Shown: positions 1-9,177 of the stretch, one piece after another | How the letters are laid out: the number at the start of each line of letters is the position of its first letter | How positions within the stretch are numbered: position 1 is the first letter of the stretch | Origin: Candidatus Eiseniibacteriota bacterium | GTDB lineage: Bacteria; Eisenbacteria; RBG-16-71-46; JABDJR01 | NCBI GenBank assembly: GCA_963762255.1 | Contig: CAVXKA010000002.1 | Location: forward strand, 128,001 to 192,000 | Direction of reading: 5' to 3' | Length of the DNA: 64,000 nucleotides | Notes under the pieces: generated by a model | What the model saw: the letters and a program-made list of their open reading frames with translations, nothing else | What the model was told of the DNA's origin: nothing | The model's database searches: none | Translations under genes and position numbers: made by a program

Positions 1-57
1 GGAAACCTGTTTCCCCCAGAGAATAGCTGACCGTTTATCGTGTATCCTGGAGGTAAG

Positions 58-2868
58 TTGATCGCTATTGGAGTGGATCGCCTGCGCCTGAGCTTGCTCC
101 TCATCCTTCTCGCCGCGGCGATGCCGCACGCGCTGTGTTGGGCGGAGCCGCCGGCCGACCCGGTCGAGGAAGCTCGAAAGGCCGAGCAGGAGGGTCGATG
201 GAGCGAGGCCGTGGCGGCGTGGGAGAACCTGGCGCGCTCGGCGGGCACGAGCGATTCCGGGGAGGATCTGATCCGGGTCGGCGGGTTCCTTCGGGCTCTT
301 GCCGCAACCGGACAGGTGGAGCGCCTCGATGCCGAAGCGGCGAAGGCTCTCGCCGCGCGACCCGGATGGGACGAGGCGGTCATCCTGCGCGCGCAGTCGC
401 TGGAGGCGCGGGGCAAACCGGAAGACGGCGTGGAGCTCTTGAAGCCGCTCGCCGTGCGCTCGCTGCCGGCGGCGATGGAACGGGCGCGACTTCTGGAGGT
501 GATCGGGCGCCGTGACGAGGCCGCGGAGATCGCCGCGGGAATCGTAAAGGCCTACAAGGCCGCCGACGCGTACACGGTGCGCGAGAAGGTGGCCATCGGC
601 GACGCTGCGCGTGCGCGGGGCGACTTTCGGGGCGCGGCGCGCATGTACGAGTTGGCCTACACAGACAGCGCCGACTACGTCGAGGCGCGCGTGTGTCTCA
701 TGCTTCTCTTCCGCGACAAGTCGCAGTCGCAACTCGCCGGGGACGAACTCGCAGCGCTCGGGCGGGTCGCGCCGAGGCATCCCGATGTGCTCCTGGCTGC
801 CGCCCGCCTGGCCGCGCTCGGCACCGACCTGACCCGCGCGGAGAACGCGGCGAAGGCGGTGCTGGCCGTGCGCCCCGGAGACCCGGGCGCCGCATCGGTG
901 CTGGCCCGCGTGGCGATGGCAAGCGAGCGCCCGCAGGATGCGCTGGCGCTCCTGGCTCCGGTGCTGGAGCGCAATCCCACCGACCGCGAGGCGAGAGCGT
1001 TCCATGCGGCCGCCTACTATCTGACCGCCGATTCCTCCGGCTACCACCGGGAGGTGGACCGCCTGCTCGAGCAGGATCCGGGCTACCTGGATGTCTTCCT
1101 CGATCTGGCGCGGATCCTCGAACAGTCCCGGCGCAACGACGAAGCGATCGCTCTCTACCGACGCGTGCTCGCGCGCGATCCGGAGAACGCGGACGCGCTG
1201 ACCGGAATGGGTCTCCTCGCCATGCGCGAGGGGCGTGAGGACGAGGCGCGCGGCTACCTGGAGCGCGGCTTCAAGGGCGATTCGTACAACATCCGCGCGT
1301 TCAACCAGCTCGAGCTGCTGGACAAGATGGACACCTTTGCAGTGTATCCGGGGAAGCGATTCACCCTGCGCATGGAGGCGGGACCCGACACGCTCCTGGC
1401 CCCGCTCCTCGAAGAGCGGCTCGGCCGTATCTACGACGATCTCGTCGCCAAGCACGGCTGGACGCCGCCGGTTCCCACGGTCGTCGAGGTGTTCCCCGAC
1501 CACGAATGGTTCAGCGCCCGGGTGACCGGCTTCCCGTGGCTCGGGGGAATCCCCGCGGTCTGCTTCGGCCACGTCGTGGCAATGGACTCGCCTCGCACGC
1601 TTTCGGGATCGAACAACTGGGAGCAGATCCTGCGCCACGAGTTCGGGCACGTGCTGGCGCTCGGCATGACCGACAAGAAGGTGCCGTTCTGGTTCACCGA
1701 GGGCCTGAGCGTTCACCTCGAGCAGTATCCTCGCGGGCTTCCGTGGGATCAGAACCTCGTCGCTGCTTACGTCGACGACGAGTTGGTCCCCGTGGACTCG
1801 CTCACCCTCGCCTTCACCCGCCCCCGCGACTTCGATCAGCGGTTGCTGGCCTATCACGAGTCGGGGCTCATCATCGACGATCTGGTGGCGCGCAAGGGTT
1901 GGAAGGTGATCCCCGCGCTCTTGCGCGCGTTCGGCGAGGGGAAGGATCTGCCCGAGGCGCTGCGCGAGGAGGCGGGCGAGAGCTACGAGGCATTCGCCGC
2001 GCGGGGTCTCGATGTCGTGAGAGAGCACGCCGCGGCGCTGTCGGTCTGGCCGGCGGCGAGCCTAGAGCGCGTGGAGCGACTCAAAGAGCGGGCGCCGAAG
2101 CACAAGGACGATGCGCGCTTCGTCGAGCAGCTTGCCCTGGCCTGGATCCAGGTCGAGCAGTTCGACGACGCGGCGGCGAGCGCGCGCCGGCTTCTCGCGC
2201 TGGAGCCGGACAATGCGCGGGCGCGCACCGTGCTGGGGCTGGTTGCCCGGCAGAAAGACCAGCCGGACAGCGCGCGCGTCTGGCTCGAAGATGCCGTTCG
2301 TTCGGGGAGCCGTGACGTTCCTGCCTACCTCGCTCTGGCCGAGATGGCGGCGGGAGCGGGGGACACAGCGGCCGCCTTGGCCCACTATGCGAAGGCTCTG
2401 GAGATCTACCCCTTCACCAGCACGGCGCTGCAGAGGCGTGCCGGGCTCTTCCTCGCGACGGGAGATACCGCTGCCGCGATCGACGAGTACGAGCGCCTCA
2501 TCGCGCAGGACGACTCCCAGGGGCAGCCGGCGATGGACCTGGCCCGCCTGGAACTGGCGCGCGGAAACGCCGAGGGCGCGGCGCGGTCCCTTGAGTACGC
2601 GGTGGCCGTGCTCCCGCTGGACGCCGACGTGGAAGCGCTGCGCGGGCAGGCGTATCTCCTGGAGGATCGCGACCAGGAAGCGTTTGCGCTCTTCACCAAG
2701 GCGCGCCGGCTCGACTTGAAGAGCGTCGAGTCGATGGCGGGGATGGCCGGCTACTACCTCAAGCGCGGCGACGTCGAGGAAGCGACCTACTTCGCCGAAC
2801 TCGCTCTCAAGTACGCGCCGCACCACCCCGCGGCGCTCCGAGTGCTTGCCGCCGCGCAGGCCTGGTAG
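58..2868 (+). CDS. Secreted TPR-repeat protein with central zincin (peptidase MA-like) domain
   Basis: N-terminal hydrophobic signal; many TPR-like helices; HEFGH (HExxH) followed by PFWFTEGLS. Start uncertain (GTG 40, TTG 58 after GGAGGT, or GTG 73). Confidence 0.8.
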   Translation: MIAIGVDRLRLSLLLILLAAAMPHALCWAEPPADPVEEARKAEQEGRWSEAVAAWENLARSAGTSDSGEDLIRVGGFLRALAATGQVERLDAEAAKALAARPGWDEAVILRAQSLEARGKPEDGVELLKPLAVRSLPAAMERARLLEVIGRRDEAAEIAAGIVKAYKAADAYTVREKVAIGDAARARGDFRGAARMYELAYTDSADYVEARVCLMLLFRDKSQSQLAGDELAALGRVAPRHPDVLLAAARLAALGTDLTRAENAAKAVLAVRPGDPGAASVLARVAMASERPQDALALLAPVLERNPTDREARAFHAAAYYLTADSSGYHREVDRLLEQDPGYLDVFLDLARILEQSRRNDEAIALYRRVLARDPENADALTGMGLLAMREGREDEARGYLERGFKGDSYNIRAFNQLELLDKMDTFAVYPGKRFTLRMEAGPDTLLAPLLEERLGRIYDDLVAKHGWTPPVPTVVEVFPDHEWFSARVTGFPWLGGIPAVCFGHVVAMDSPRTLSGSNNWEQILRHEFGHVLALGMTDKKVPFWFTEGLSVHLEQYPRGLPWDQNLVAAYVDDELVPVDSLTLAFTRPRDFDQRLLAYHESGLIIDDLVARKGWKVIPALLRAFGEGKDLPEALREEAGESYEAFAARGLDVVREHAAALSVWPAASLERVERLKERAPKHKDDARFVEQLALAWIQVEQFDDAAASARRLLALEPDNARARTVLGLVARQKDQPDSARVWLEDAVRSGSRDVPAYLALAEMAAGAGDTAAALAHYAKALEIYPFTSTALQRRAGLFLATGDTAAAIDEYERLIAQDDSQGQPAMDLARLELARGNAEGAARSLEYAVAVLPLDADVEALRGQAYLLEDRDQEAFALFTKARRLDLKSVESMAGMAGYYLKRGDVEEATYFAELALKYAPHHPAALRVLAAAQAW

Positions 2869-2889
2869 CGAGAGGCGCGCTGCGGCCGC

Positions 2890-5331
2890 TTACGCCGTTC
2901 GCCACGGAACGAACGCCCGCGCGACCTCGGCGAGTTCCGCCAAACGCTCGTCCACCCGGCGGAAGAGCGTCCCTTCGGCGAAGCGATCGTCGGGACCGCG
3001 CCGGCCGGCGGGAAGCCCGGTCACCAGCTCGATGCCTTCCTCCACGTGTTGGATGGCGTAGATGTGGAATCTTCCCTCCCGCACCGCCCGCACAACCGCG
3101 GGGCGCAGCATGAGGTGGGGCAGGTTCGGCGCCGGAATGATCACGCCTTGGGCGCCGGTGAGACCGCGCGCGGCGCAGAGGTCGAAGAACCCCTCGATCT
3201 TCTCGTTCACGCCGCCTACCGCCTGCACCTGACCTTTCTGGTTCATGGAGCCGGTCACGGCGAGATCCTGGCGCACGGGAACATCGCCCAGCGCGGCGAG
3301 GAGCGCGAACATCTCCGCGGTCGAGGCACTGTCGCCGTCCACTTCGTCATAGGACTGCTCCAGGGTGAGGCTCGCAGCCAGAGTCAGCGGGCGTTCGCTC
3401 GCGAACTTCTGTCCCAGGTATCCGGTCAGGATCAGGATGCCCTTGTCATGGTGGCTCCCGGAAAGGCGAGCCATGCGCTCTATGTTGGCCACACCGCTAT
3501 GCCCGGCGGCCACGCTCGCGGTGATTCGGGTGGGGCGACCGAAACGGTGGTCCCCGACGTCGAGCACGGCGAGACCGTTCACCTGTCCGACCGCGGAACC
3601 CTCGGTGTCGATGAGGATCACCCCTTCGCGAATGAGGCGCTGCGTCTTCTCCTCGACGAGGTTCACCCGAGCGCGCCGCTCGTCCAGAGCACGATGGACG
3701 TCCTCGGATCCGATGGGGCCGGGGTGGCGCCGGCTCGCCCAGAACGCAGCCTCCCGGACGAGATCGCCCACCTCGGTGAAGCGGGTGGTGATGCGGCTGC
3801 GATGGCCGGCCAGGCGCACGCCGTATTCCACTACCGCGGCCACCCCCTCGGCGGTGTACGGGGGAAGCTCGTCCTGATCGCAGATCCCCCGGATCATGCA
3901 CGCATACTCCGTGATGGCCTGGGGTCCGAGCTCCATCTCGGTGTCGAACTCCGCTTTCACTTTGAATAGCTTTGAGAAGTCGGGGTCGAGGCTGAGCAGA
4001 TCGGAGTAGAGGTCGATGGTGCCGATCAGGATCACCTTGAGATCCACCGGCACCGCCTCGGGGCGAAGTGCGCGGGGCATGGGGGCAGCTGCGGCGTCCT
4101 CGGTCTCGACCTGCACCTGGCCGGTGCGCAGGGTGCGCTTGATGACGCCCCAGGCGCGCCCCTCTCCGTCGAGATCCTCGACGTGCAACACGAGGAATCC
4201 GCCATGGGCCTGGATCATGGAGCCCGACTTGATGTGGGTGAAGTCGGCGACCACCATTCCGTTCGAGCGGACCTCTCGATCCACGGTACCGCGGAGGTTC
4301 GACACGGTGGGGTTGTTCTCCGTCACCACCGGCCTCGCCGTGCGCCCCGTGTTGTCGAGGACGAGGTTCACTTGGAGCTTTCGGAACGAGGCCTCGGTCT
4401 CCTCGTCCTCGCTCTCGTCCTCATCGTCTCCGTTCTCTTCCTCGTCGGCGCGGAAGAGCCCCACCCGCGCCTCGAGGAAGGCTTCCACATCGCGCAGGTA
4501 GTCCACGACCTTGGCCACGTCCTGGTGCTCCTGATAGACACCGCTCAGGACCAGGTTCAAGTACGGACGCGCCAGTTCCTGATCGAGGGTGGCGAGATCG
4601 GCCTCTGCGTCCTGCACCAGACGGTGGGCGGCTTCGCTGAAGGAGCGCAGAGCCGGATCGAGCGCGTCGCGGGCATCGAAGAGACGACCCAGCTCCTCGG
4701 CGGGGAACTCCGACGCGTCCACCTTCGTCTCGAGGTCCTCGAACGCAACCGGCTCGTTGTCGACGAGGGGGAGCAACTCGGCCTCGGTGTGCTCGCCCAT
4801 CTCGACCTGCACCAGCACGAGACCGACATCGGACGCCTTGTTCCTGAGCGGGGTCGCCAGCTCATCCATGCGCGTGGAGTAGCGCTTCACCCGCGCGCGG
4901 CGGCGCTTCACATAGACGTCGCTCTGGAAGATGCGGGGAATCCCGTCGCGCAGTCGCTCCACCGCATCGCGGATCGCCTCGCGAAAGAGGGCCCCGCGTC
5001 CCGCCGGAAAACGGAGAAGCGTGGGGCGGTCGGGATCGTGGAAGTTGTAGACGAAGCAGAGATCCTCCGGGGCATATCCCGGATCCTGGTACCGGTCGAG
5101 AAGGTAGCGAACGGTTTCCGAGCGGTTGGTCCCCGGATCGCCGGCCACGTAGACGTTGTAGCCGTGCCCGCGCAGGGCCAGGCCCAGTTCGAGCGCACGG
5201 ACCGCGCGATTCTGCCCCGGGGTCACGGCGCATGGCGCCACTTCATCGGTGCTCGCGAAGCCCAACTGCGAGGGCGGCAGCGTCCACCGAAGCTGCTCCG
5301 GATCCACCCGCAAGCGGTCTATGGTATTCAT
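2890..5331 (-). CDS. Lon-like protease (S16, LonC/LonB type) with AAA-like N-terminal module
   Basis: GQVNGL, catalytic Ser in VDGDSAS, TGSMNQKG...VGGVNEKIEGF (Lys of the dyad). ATG at 5331 with GGGGAGA upstream. Confidence 0.9.
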   Translation of the reverse strand: MNTIDRLRVDPEQLRWTLPPSQLGFASTDEVAPCAVTPGQNRAVRALELGLALRGHGYNVYVAGDPGTNRSETVRYLLDRYQDPGYAPEDLCFVYNFHDPDRPTLLRFPAGRGALFREAIRDAVERLRDGIPRIFQSDVYVKRRRARVKRYSTRMDELATPLRNKASDVGLVLVQVEMGEHTEAELLPLVDNEPVAFEDLETKVDASEFPAEELGRLFDARDALDPALRSFSEAAHRLVQDAEADLATLDQELARPYLNLVLSGVYQEHQDVAKVVDYLRDVEAFLEARVGLFRADEEENGDDEDESEDEETEASFRKLQVNLVLDNTGRTARPVVTENNPTVSNLRGTVDREVRSNGMVVADFTHIKSGSMIQAHGGFLVLHVEDLDGEGRAWGVIKRTLRTGQVQVETEDAAAAPMPRALRPEAVPVDLKVILIGTIDLYSDLLSLDPDFSKLFKVKAEFDTEMELGPQAITEYACMIRGICDQDELPPYTAEGVAAVVEYGVRLAGHRSRITTRFTEVGDLVREAAFWASRRHPGPIGSEDVHRALDERRARVNLVEEKTQRLIREGVILIDTEGSAVGQVNGLAVLDVGDHRFGRPTRITASVAAGHSGVANIERMARLSGSHHDKGILILTGYLGQKFASERPLTLAASLTLEQSYDEVDGDSASTAEMFALLAALGDVPVRQDLAVTGSMNQKGQVQAVGGVNEKIEGFFDLCAARGLTGAQGVIIPAPNLPHLMLRPAVVRAVREGRFHIYAIQHVEEGIELVTGLPAGRRGPDDRFAEGTLFRRVDERLAELAEVARAFVPWRTA

Positions 5332-5462
5332 CCGTCGCCGTCTCCCCGCGTGGTTGGGCTGTGAGGCCCGGACGCGATCCAGGCTTGCTCCGACTCGATG
5401 CGCGTGTTGTAGTCTCGCCGTACTTCGGTGAGCCGCGCAGAGCATAACGGAGCGGGCCGCGG

Positions 5463-5669
5463 GTGGACACATCCCGCAGCGGCCTGGGCGAGGAGGGTAA
5501 GGTGCGACTGTATCCGCGCGTCGGCGCGTATCTGAACGGCGGACCGGCGGCCGCGCTCCTCGTCGGGAGCATCGCGGTCAAGGTGCTCGAGAAGTGCGCC
5601 GCGCCTGTCCTGATCGTCAAGGAGAAGGGGGAGACGTTGAATCTCCTCGAGGCGCTGCTTCCGCATTGA
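5463..5669 (+). pseudogene. Universal stress protein C-terminal fragment
   Basis: ALLVGSIAVKVLEKCAAPVLIVK resembles the USP C-terminal motif (GSVAxxV...PVLVV); no N-terminal half is visible. Confidence 0.5.
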
Positions 5670-5679
5670 GGCGAAGGGG

Positions 5680-5766
5680 TGGTGCCGGAGGCCGGACTTG
5701 AACCGGCACATCCTTGCGGACGGGGGATTTTGAGTCCCCTGCGTCTGCCAATTCCGCCACTCCGGC
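5680..5766 (-). tRNA. tRNA-Leu (CAA)
   Basis: Reverse strand GCCGGAGTGGCGGAATTGGCAGACGCA-GGGGA-CTCAAAA-TCCCC...GGTTCAAGTCC...CTCCGGCACCA; long variable arm; encoded CCA. Confidence 0.97.
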
Positions 5767-5794
5767 ATCGGTGGGTCGGGCGGGACGGGTCAGG

Positions 5795-5824
5795 ATTTTC
5801 CGGGCCGCGTGCGGGCTCTGTCAA
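5795..5824 (-). promoter_or_regulatory. Putative sigma70 promoter for tRNA-Leu
   Basis: TTGACA-N18-GAAAAT on the minus strand, about 30 nt upstream of the tRNA. Confidence 0.55.
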
Positions 5825-5845
5825 CCGTTCAACGAGACCCTCGGC

Positions 5846-5861
5846 TGGTACGGCTCTTGCT
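5846..5861 (+). promoter_or_regulatory. Putative sigma54 (-24/-12) promoter
   Basis: TGGTAC-GGCTC-TTGCT matches TGGCAC-N5-TTGCW with exact GG/GC spacing. Confidence 0.6.
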
Positions 5862-5926
5862 CTAATTCCGGATGGACTGCGCGCTGGGCAGTATGCGCCC
5901 CCCGGCAGATCTGGAAAGGCAGCACC

Positions 5927-6085
5927 GTGACCCCGATCGATCTTCAAGAACCCGCCGTCCCTGCGGGGATGGATTCCTTCCCAACCGATGATGCCGCCGT
6001 GCTTTCCGAGGACATCGCCGCTGCGCTCGGAGAGGGGACGCTCTACCTCCGCCTGGATGCCGCCGCGGTCTGGCTGGTCGACTAG
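5927..6085 (+). CDS. Small acidic hypothetical protein (52 aa)
   Basis: GGAAAGG then GTG; MTPIDLQEPAVPAGMDSFPTDDAAVLSEDIAAALGEGTLYLRLDAAAVWLVD; lies downstream of the sigma54-like motif. Confidence 0.5.
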   Translation: MTPIDLQEPAVPAGMDSFPTDDAAVLSEDIAAALGEGTLYLRLDAAAVWLVD

Positions 6086-6265
6086 AGAGGCAGACACCAG
6101 TCCGTCTCGCACCGGGACCGGTACCCGAGGTCGCAGGGGGGAAGGGCGTATGCGCGGACCTGCTTCCCGGTCTCGTTGGGTACATTGGTTCCAGCATTCG
6201 ACCACTCGCACGGAGATTCGAGCCCCAAGGCGGATCGTGGGAAAGGATCGTTCAAGTAGGCCGCT

Positions 6266-8899
6266 TCAGGGAAGCCTCTCCTCGACACGCGTGATCCGAT
6301 AACGGCGGGTGCCGGTCTCGCGCGGAATATCGATCTCCTCCCCTTCGCGCCGGTTGAAGAGTGCCTGCCCGACCGGGGCTCGAAACGAAACCACGTTGTC
6401 GCCCAGCGCTTGATCCCCCTCGCCGAGAAGCCAGAGCGCCATCGAGGCTTCGTGCGGGTTGCCGTCGGCGGCGGCGAGGTGAACCTCGGTGCCCGGCATC
6501 GCCACCCCGGCTGGGCGCTCCAGGCTCTCGATCAGGCGCACGCGGTGGAGTTGGGTCTCCAGTTCCTCGAAGCGACGGGCGTAGGTGGCCTGCTTGTCCT
6601 TGGCCGCGTGATACTCCGCATTCTCCTTGAGGTCACCCAGCTCCCGCGCTTTCTGAATCGCTCGCGGGATCGTGGTCTTGAGTTCCATGCCGATCCGCGA
6701 GCGCTCCTCCTCGATGCGGGCCAGCGTGCGTCGCGTGACCACGAGATCGCCGTCGTAGGGATCGTCGGTCTCGAGCGCGATGCGTTGTCCGAGCTTGGCC
6801 GCCGAGCGCACGCGATGTCCCTCGACCTCCTCGGCGATCGCGGCGTGTCCGACTTCGCGCAGGAAGTCGAGCAGAGGGAAGCGGACGCGGTCGGTTCCCT
6901 GCCAGCGCTTGAGGCGCAGCGTGAACGTGTCCTGCTCCTCCTCAGGAACGGGCGCACGGAGGAGCCAACGGGCGAGCGGGGAAGTCGGCGTCATGAGCGC
7001 GAGGGCCCGCTTCTGATGGGTCTCGCGCGGTGGTCGCTCGAGCAGGTTCAGAAACGCGACCAGGTAGAGCGCGGTCCACACCGGATCTCCGGCCCCCGGG
7101 GCGCCGAGGTCGAGCCCTTCTTCCAGAACGAAGAGCGCTGCCTCGGGACGCTCCTGCGCTCGGGGCAGCAGGGCGCGCAGCGTCGCCTCGATCAAATCCC
7201 GCTCACCCAGGCGCGCCCAAACGTCGCGCCGTACACCGGCCAGACGGGAGTCGAGCGCCGCCATCAGAGCCTCGGGCCGGGTGAGCCGCTCGAGCAGGGC
7301 TTCCTGCTCCGACTTGCTCAGTGCGTTGAAGTCGAAGTCCGCCGTGACGGCGGCGGCGGGGTCCACTCCGGCCTTGGGGTCGAGACGCAGGAGCCACAGT
7401 CCGGCGGCGACTCTGGCCTCCGCCGTACGGCGAGCGTCGGAGACCACCGCCTCCACGCGCTCTCCGAAGGCCTCCAGCACGCGGTCCCGTTGCCGCGGGT
7501 GGTGGGCGAGGAACATGTCGAGGGCGGCCAGGTTCTTCGAGAGATCGCGTTTCACATCCCAGCCGGGGAGCTGGATCTCCTCCGATTCCTCGTCGCCGCC
7601 CGCCAACCGATAGACGTTTTCATAGGCGCGTCGCGCGTCGATGCGCGAGTCGGCGGCCACGGCAGCGCGCGCGCCCTTCCACCAACCCGCCCATGCCGTG
7701 GAAGGAAGCACGGCGGGCACGAGCACGCGGCGCAGGTCGTCGACCGAACCCTCCCCCTTCTTGAGCGTGGCCAGCGCAAGGACGGCGAGTTCCGCCGGAG
7801 CCTCGCGACGGAGGCGTTCGATGCGGGCGGGATCCACCGCGAGAACCACGCGCAGGTCTTCGGCGGCAAGCGGCTCCAGAGCATTCTCCGCCGTGGCGAA
7901 GGACATTCGATGCATCGGTTTCGACGGGAAATCGACGAGAATGTTCTCGGTGTCGTTCTCGCGGATGCGACCGATTCCCCAGCCGGAGTGCCGCGCGAAG
8001 TAGCCGGGAGGAAACCGCGTGGCGCGGCGCAGGCGTTCGAGCACAACCCCCGCGGACTGCGATGGACGCTCTATCTCCGACACGCGCAGGAGGGCCTCGG
8101 GATCCGGATACGCGGCCAGCGCCACGCGCGAGACGCGGGCGGCGGCGCGGCGCAGGCTCTCCCGCTCCGGATGCTTGAGCCACAACTCCTGCGTGACCGG
8201 CCACGCCAGATCCGCGGCGCGCTTGGTGGTGGCCGCGTCGGCGGCCAGATCCAGCACCGCATCGAATCGGCTCCACGCTTCCTGGCGTGCCAGAATCGCG
8301 AGCGCGGCCAGGAGGGCCTTCAGCGCGGCAAGGCCGGCATCCTCCGCCAGAAGGAGGAGCGCCTCGTCGGCGGTCTCGTAGTTCTTGTCTTCGAGAAGCT
8401 CCGGGAGGGCGATGGCAGCGGCAAGTGCGGCGCCGGCGGCGTCTCCACGAGCGACGCGGGCCTCCGCGGCCCGCCAAGCCAGAAGTCCGTGACGGGGAAA
8501 CGCGGCGTGCGCGGTCTCGAGAAGTTCGTCCGGCACGGCATCGCGCCCGCCCTGCGTGCGCGCGCGGGCGATGAGCGGCGCCGTCTCACGCGCATGGGTG
8601 TCGACCAGCGGCGCGGTGACCCGGGCCAGAGCCGTCCAGTAGCCGGCCTGGTTCAAGCGCTCGGCGAGAGCGAGGAGCACATCCGCGGCGGCGTCCGCGT
8701 CTCCGCGGGCGAGGAGCGCGCGGCCGAGCAAGCGATGCAGGCCGACCGTCACCCCCTTCTCCGGAAGACGGGCGCGCACGGCGGCGGCGGCAGGTAGAGG
8801 ATCGGCCTCGTCGGCTTGGGCCAGCGCGGCCAACGCCGCGTCCTCGGAGGCGAGCTCGACACCTACCTGGGCGGCCAGGCGATCGGTGAGTTCGGTCAT
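6266..8899 (-). CDS. greA: Extended GreA/GreB-family transcription elongation factor with large helical N-terminal region
   Basis: C-terminal Gre domain AIQKARELGDLKENAEYHAAK...VSFRAPVGQAL; central HSGWGIGRI...VDF...HRMSF segment; ATG at 8899. Confidence 0.85.
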   Translation of the reverse strand: MTELTDRLAAQVGVELASEDAALAALAQADEADPLPAAAAVRARLPEKGVTVGLHRLLGRALLARGDADAAADVLLALAERLNQAGYWTALARVTAPLVDTHARETAPLIARARTQGGRDAVPDELLETAHAAFPRHGLLAWRAAEARVARGDAAGAALAAAIALPELLEDKNYETADEALLLLAEDAGLAALKALLAALAILARQEAWSRFDAVLDLAADAATTKRAADLAWPVTQELWLKHPERESLRRAAARVSRVALAAYPDPEALLRVSEIERPSQSAGVVLERLRRATRFPPGYFARHSGWGIGRIRENDTENILVDFPSKPMHRMSFATAENALEPLAAEDLRVVLAVDPARIERLRREAPAELAVLALATLKKGEGSVDDLRRVLVPAVLPSTAWAGWWKGARAAVAADSRIDARRAYENVYRLAGGDEESEEIQLPGWDVKRDLSKNLAALDMFLAHHPRQRDRVLEAFGERVEAVVSDARRTAEARVAAGLWLLRLDPKAGVDPAAAVTADFDFNALSKSEQEALLERLTRPEALMAALDSRLAGVRRDVWARLGERDLIEATLRALLPRAQERPEAALFVLEEGLDLGAPGAGDPVWTALYLVAFLNLLERPPRETHQKRALALMTPTSPLARWLLRAPVPEEEQDTFTLRLKRWQGTDRVRFPLLDFLREVGHAAIAEEVEGHRVRSAAKLGQRIALETDDPYDGDLVVTRRTLARIEEERSRIGMELKTTIPRAIQKARELGDLKENAEYHAAKDKQATYARRFEELETQLHRVRLIESLERPAGVAMPGTEVHLAAADGNPHEASMALWLLGEGDQALGDNVVSFRAPVGQALFNRREGEEIDIPRETGTRRYRITRVEERLP

Positions 8900-9000
8900 G
8901 CGGGGATCCTCGAAGTGGGGTGAATGCGATGGCGAGTCATCGTAGCATAGGCGCCCGCGGAACCGGCGCAACGAGCGGGCAGTGACCTCGCATCCGCGCG

Positions 9001-9030
9001 TTGACACACGCGCGACCACACAGGTAAGCT
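9001..9030 (+). promoter_or_regulatory. Putative sigma70 promoter for tRNA-Ala and downstream genes
   Basis: TTGACA-N18-TAAGCT, 46 nt upstream of the tRNA. Confidence 0.65.
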
Positions 9031-9076
9031 CTTCCGCTTCGCGGCGGCTGCCGGTGTGCCGCCCGGATACCGCGAT

Positions 9077-9152
9077 GGGGCTGTAGCTCAGATGGGAGAG
9101 CGCTTGTCTGGCAGACAAGAGGTCACGGGTTCGATCCCCGTCAGCTCCACCA
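9077..9152 (+). tRNA. tRNA-Ala (GGC)
   Basis: GGGGCTGTAGCTCAGATGGGAGAGCG-CTTGT-CTGGCAG-ACAAG...GGTTCGATCC...CAGCTCCACCA; G3:U70 pair; 76 nt. Confidence 0.97.
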
Positions 9153-9177
9153 ACTTTCTCACCGTTCGGAGCGCGAC

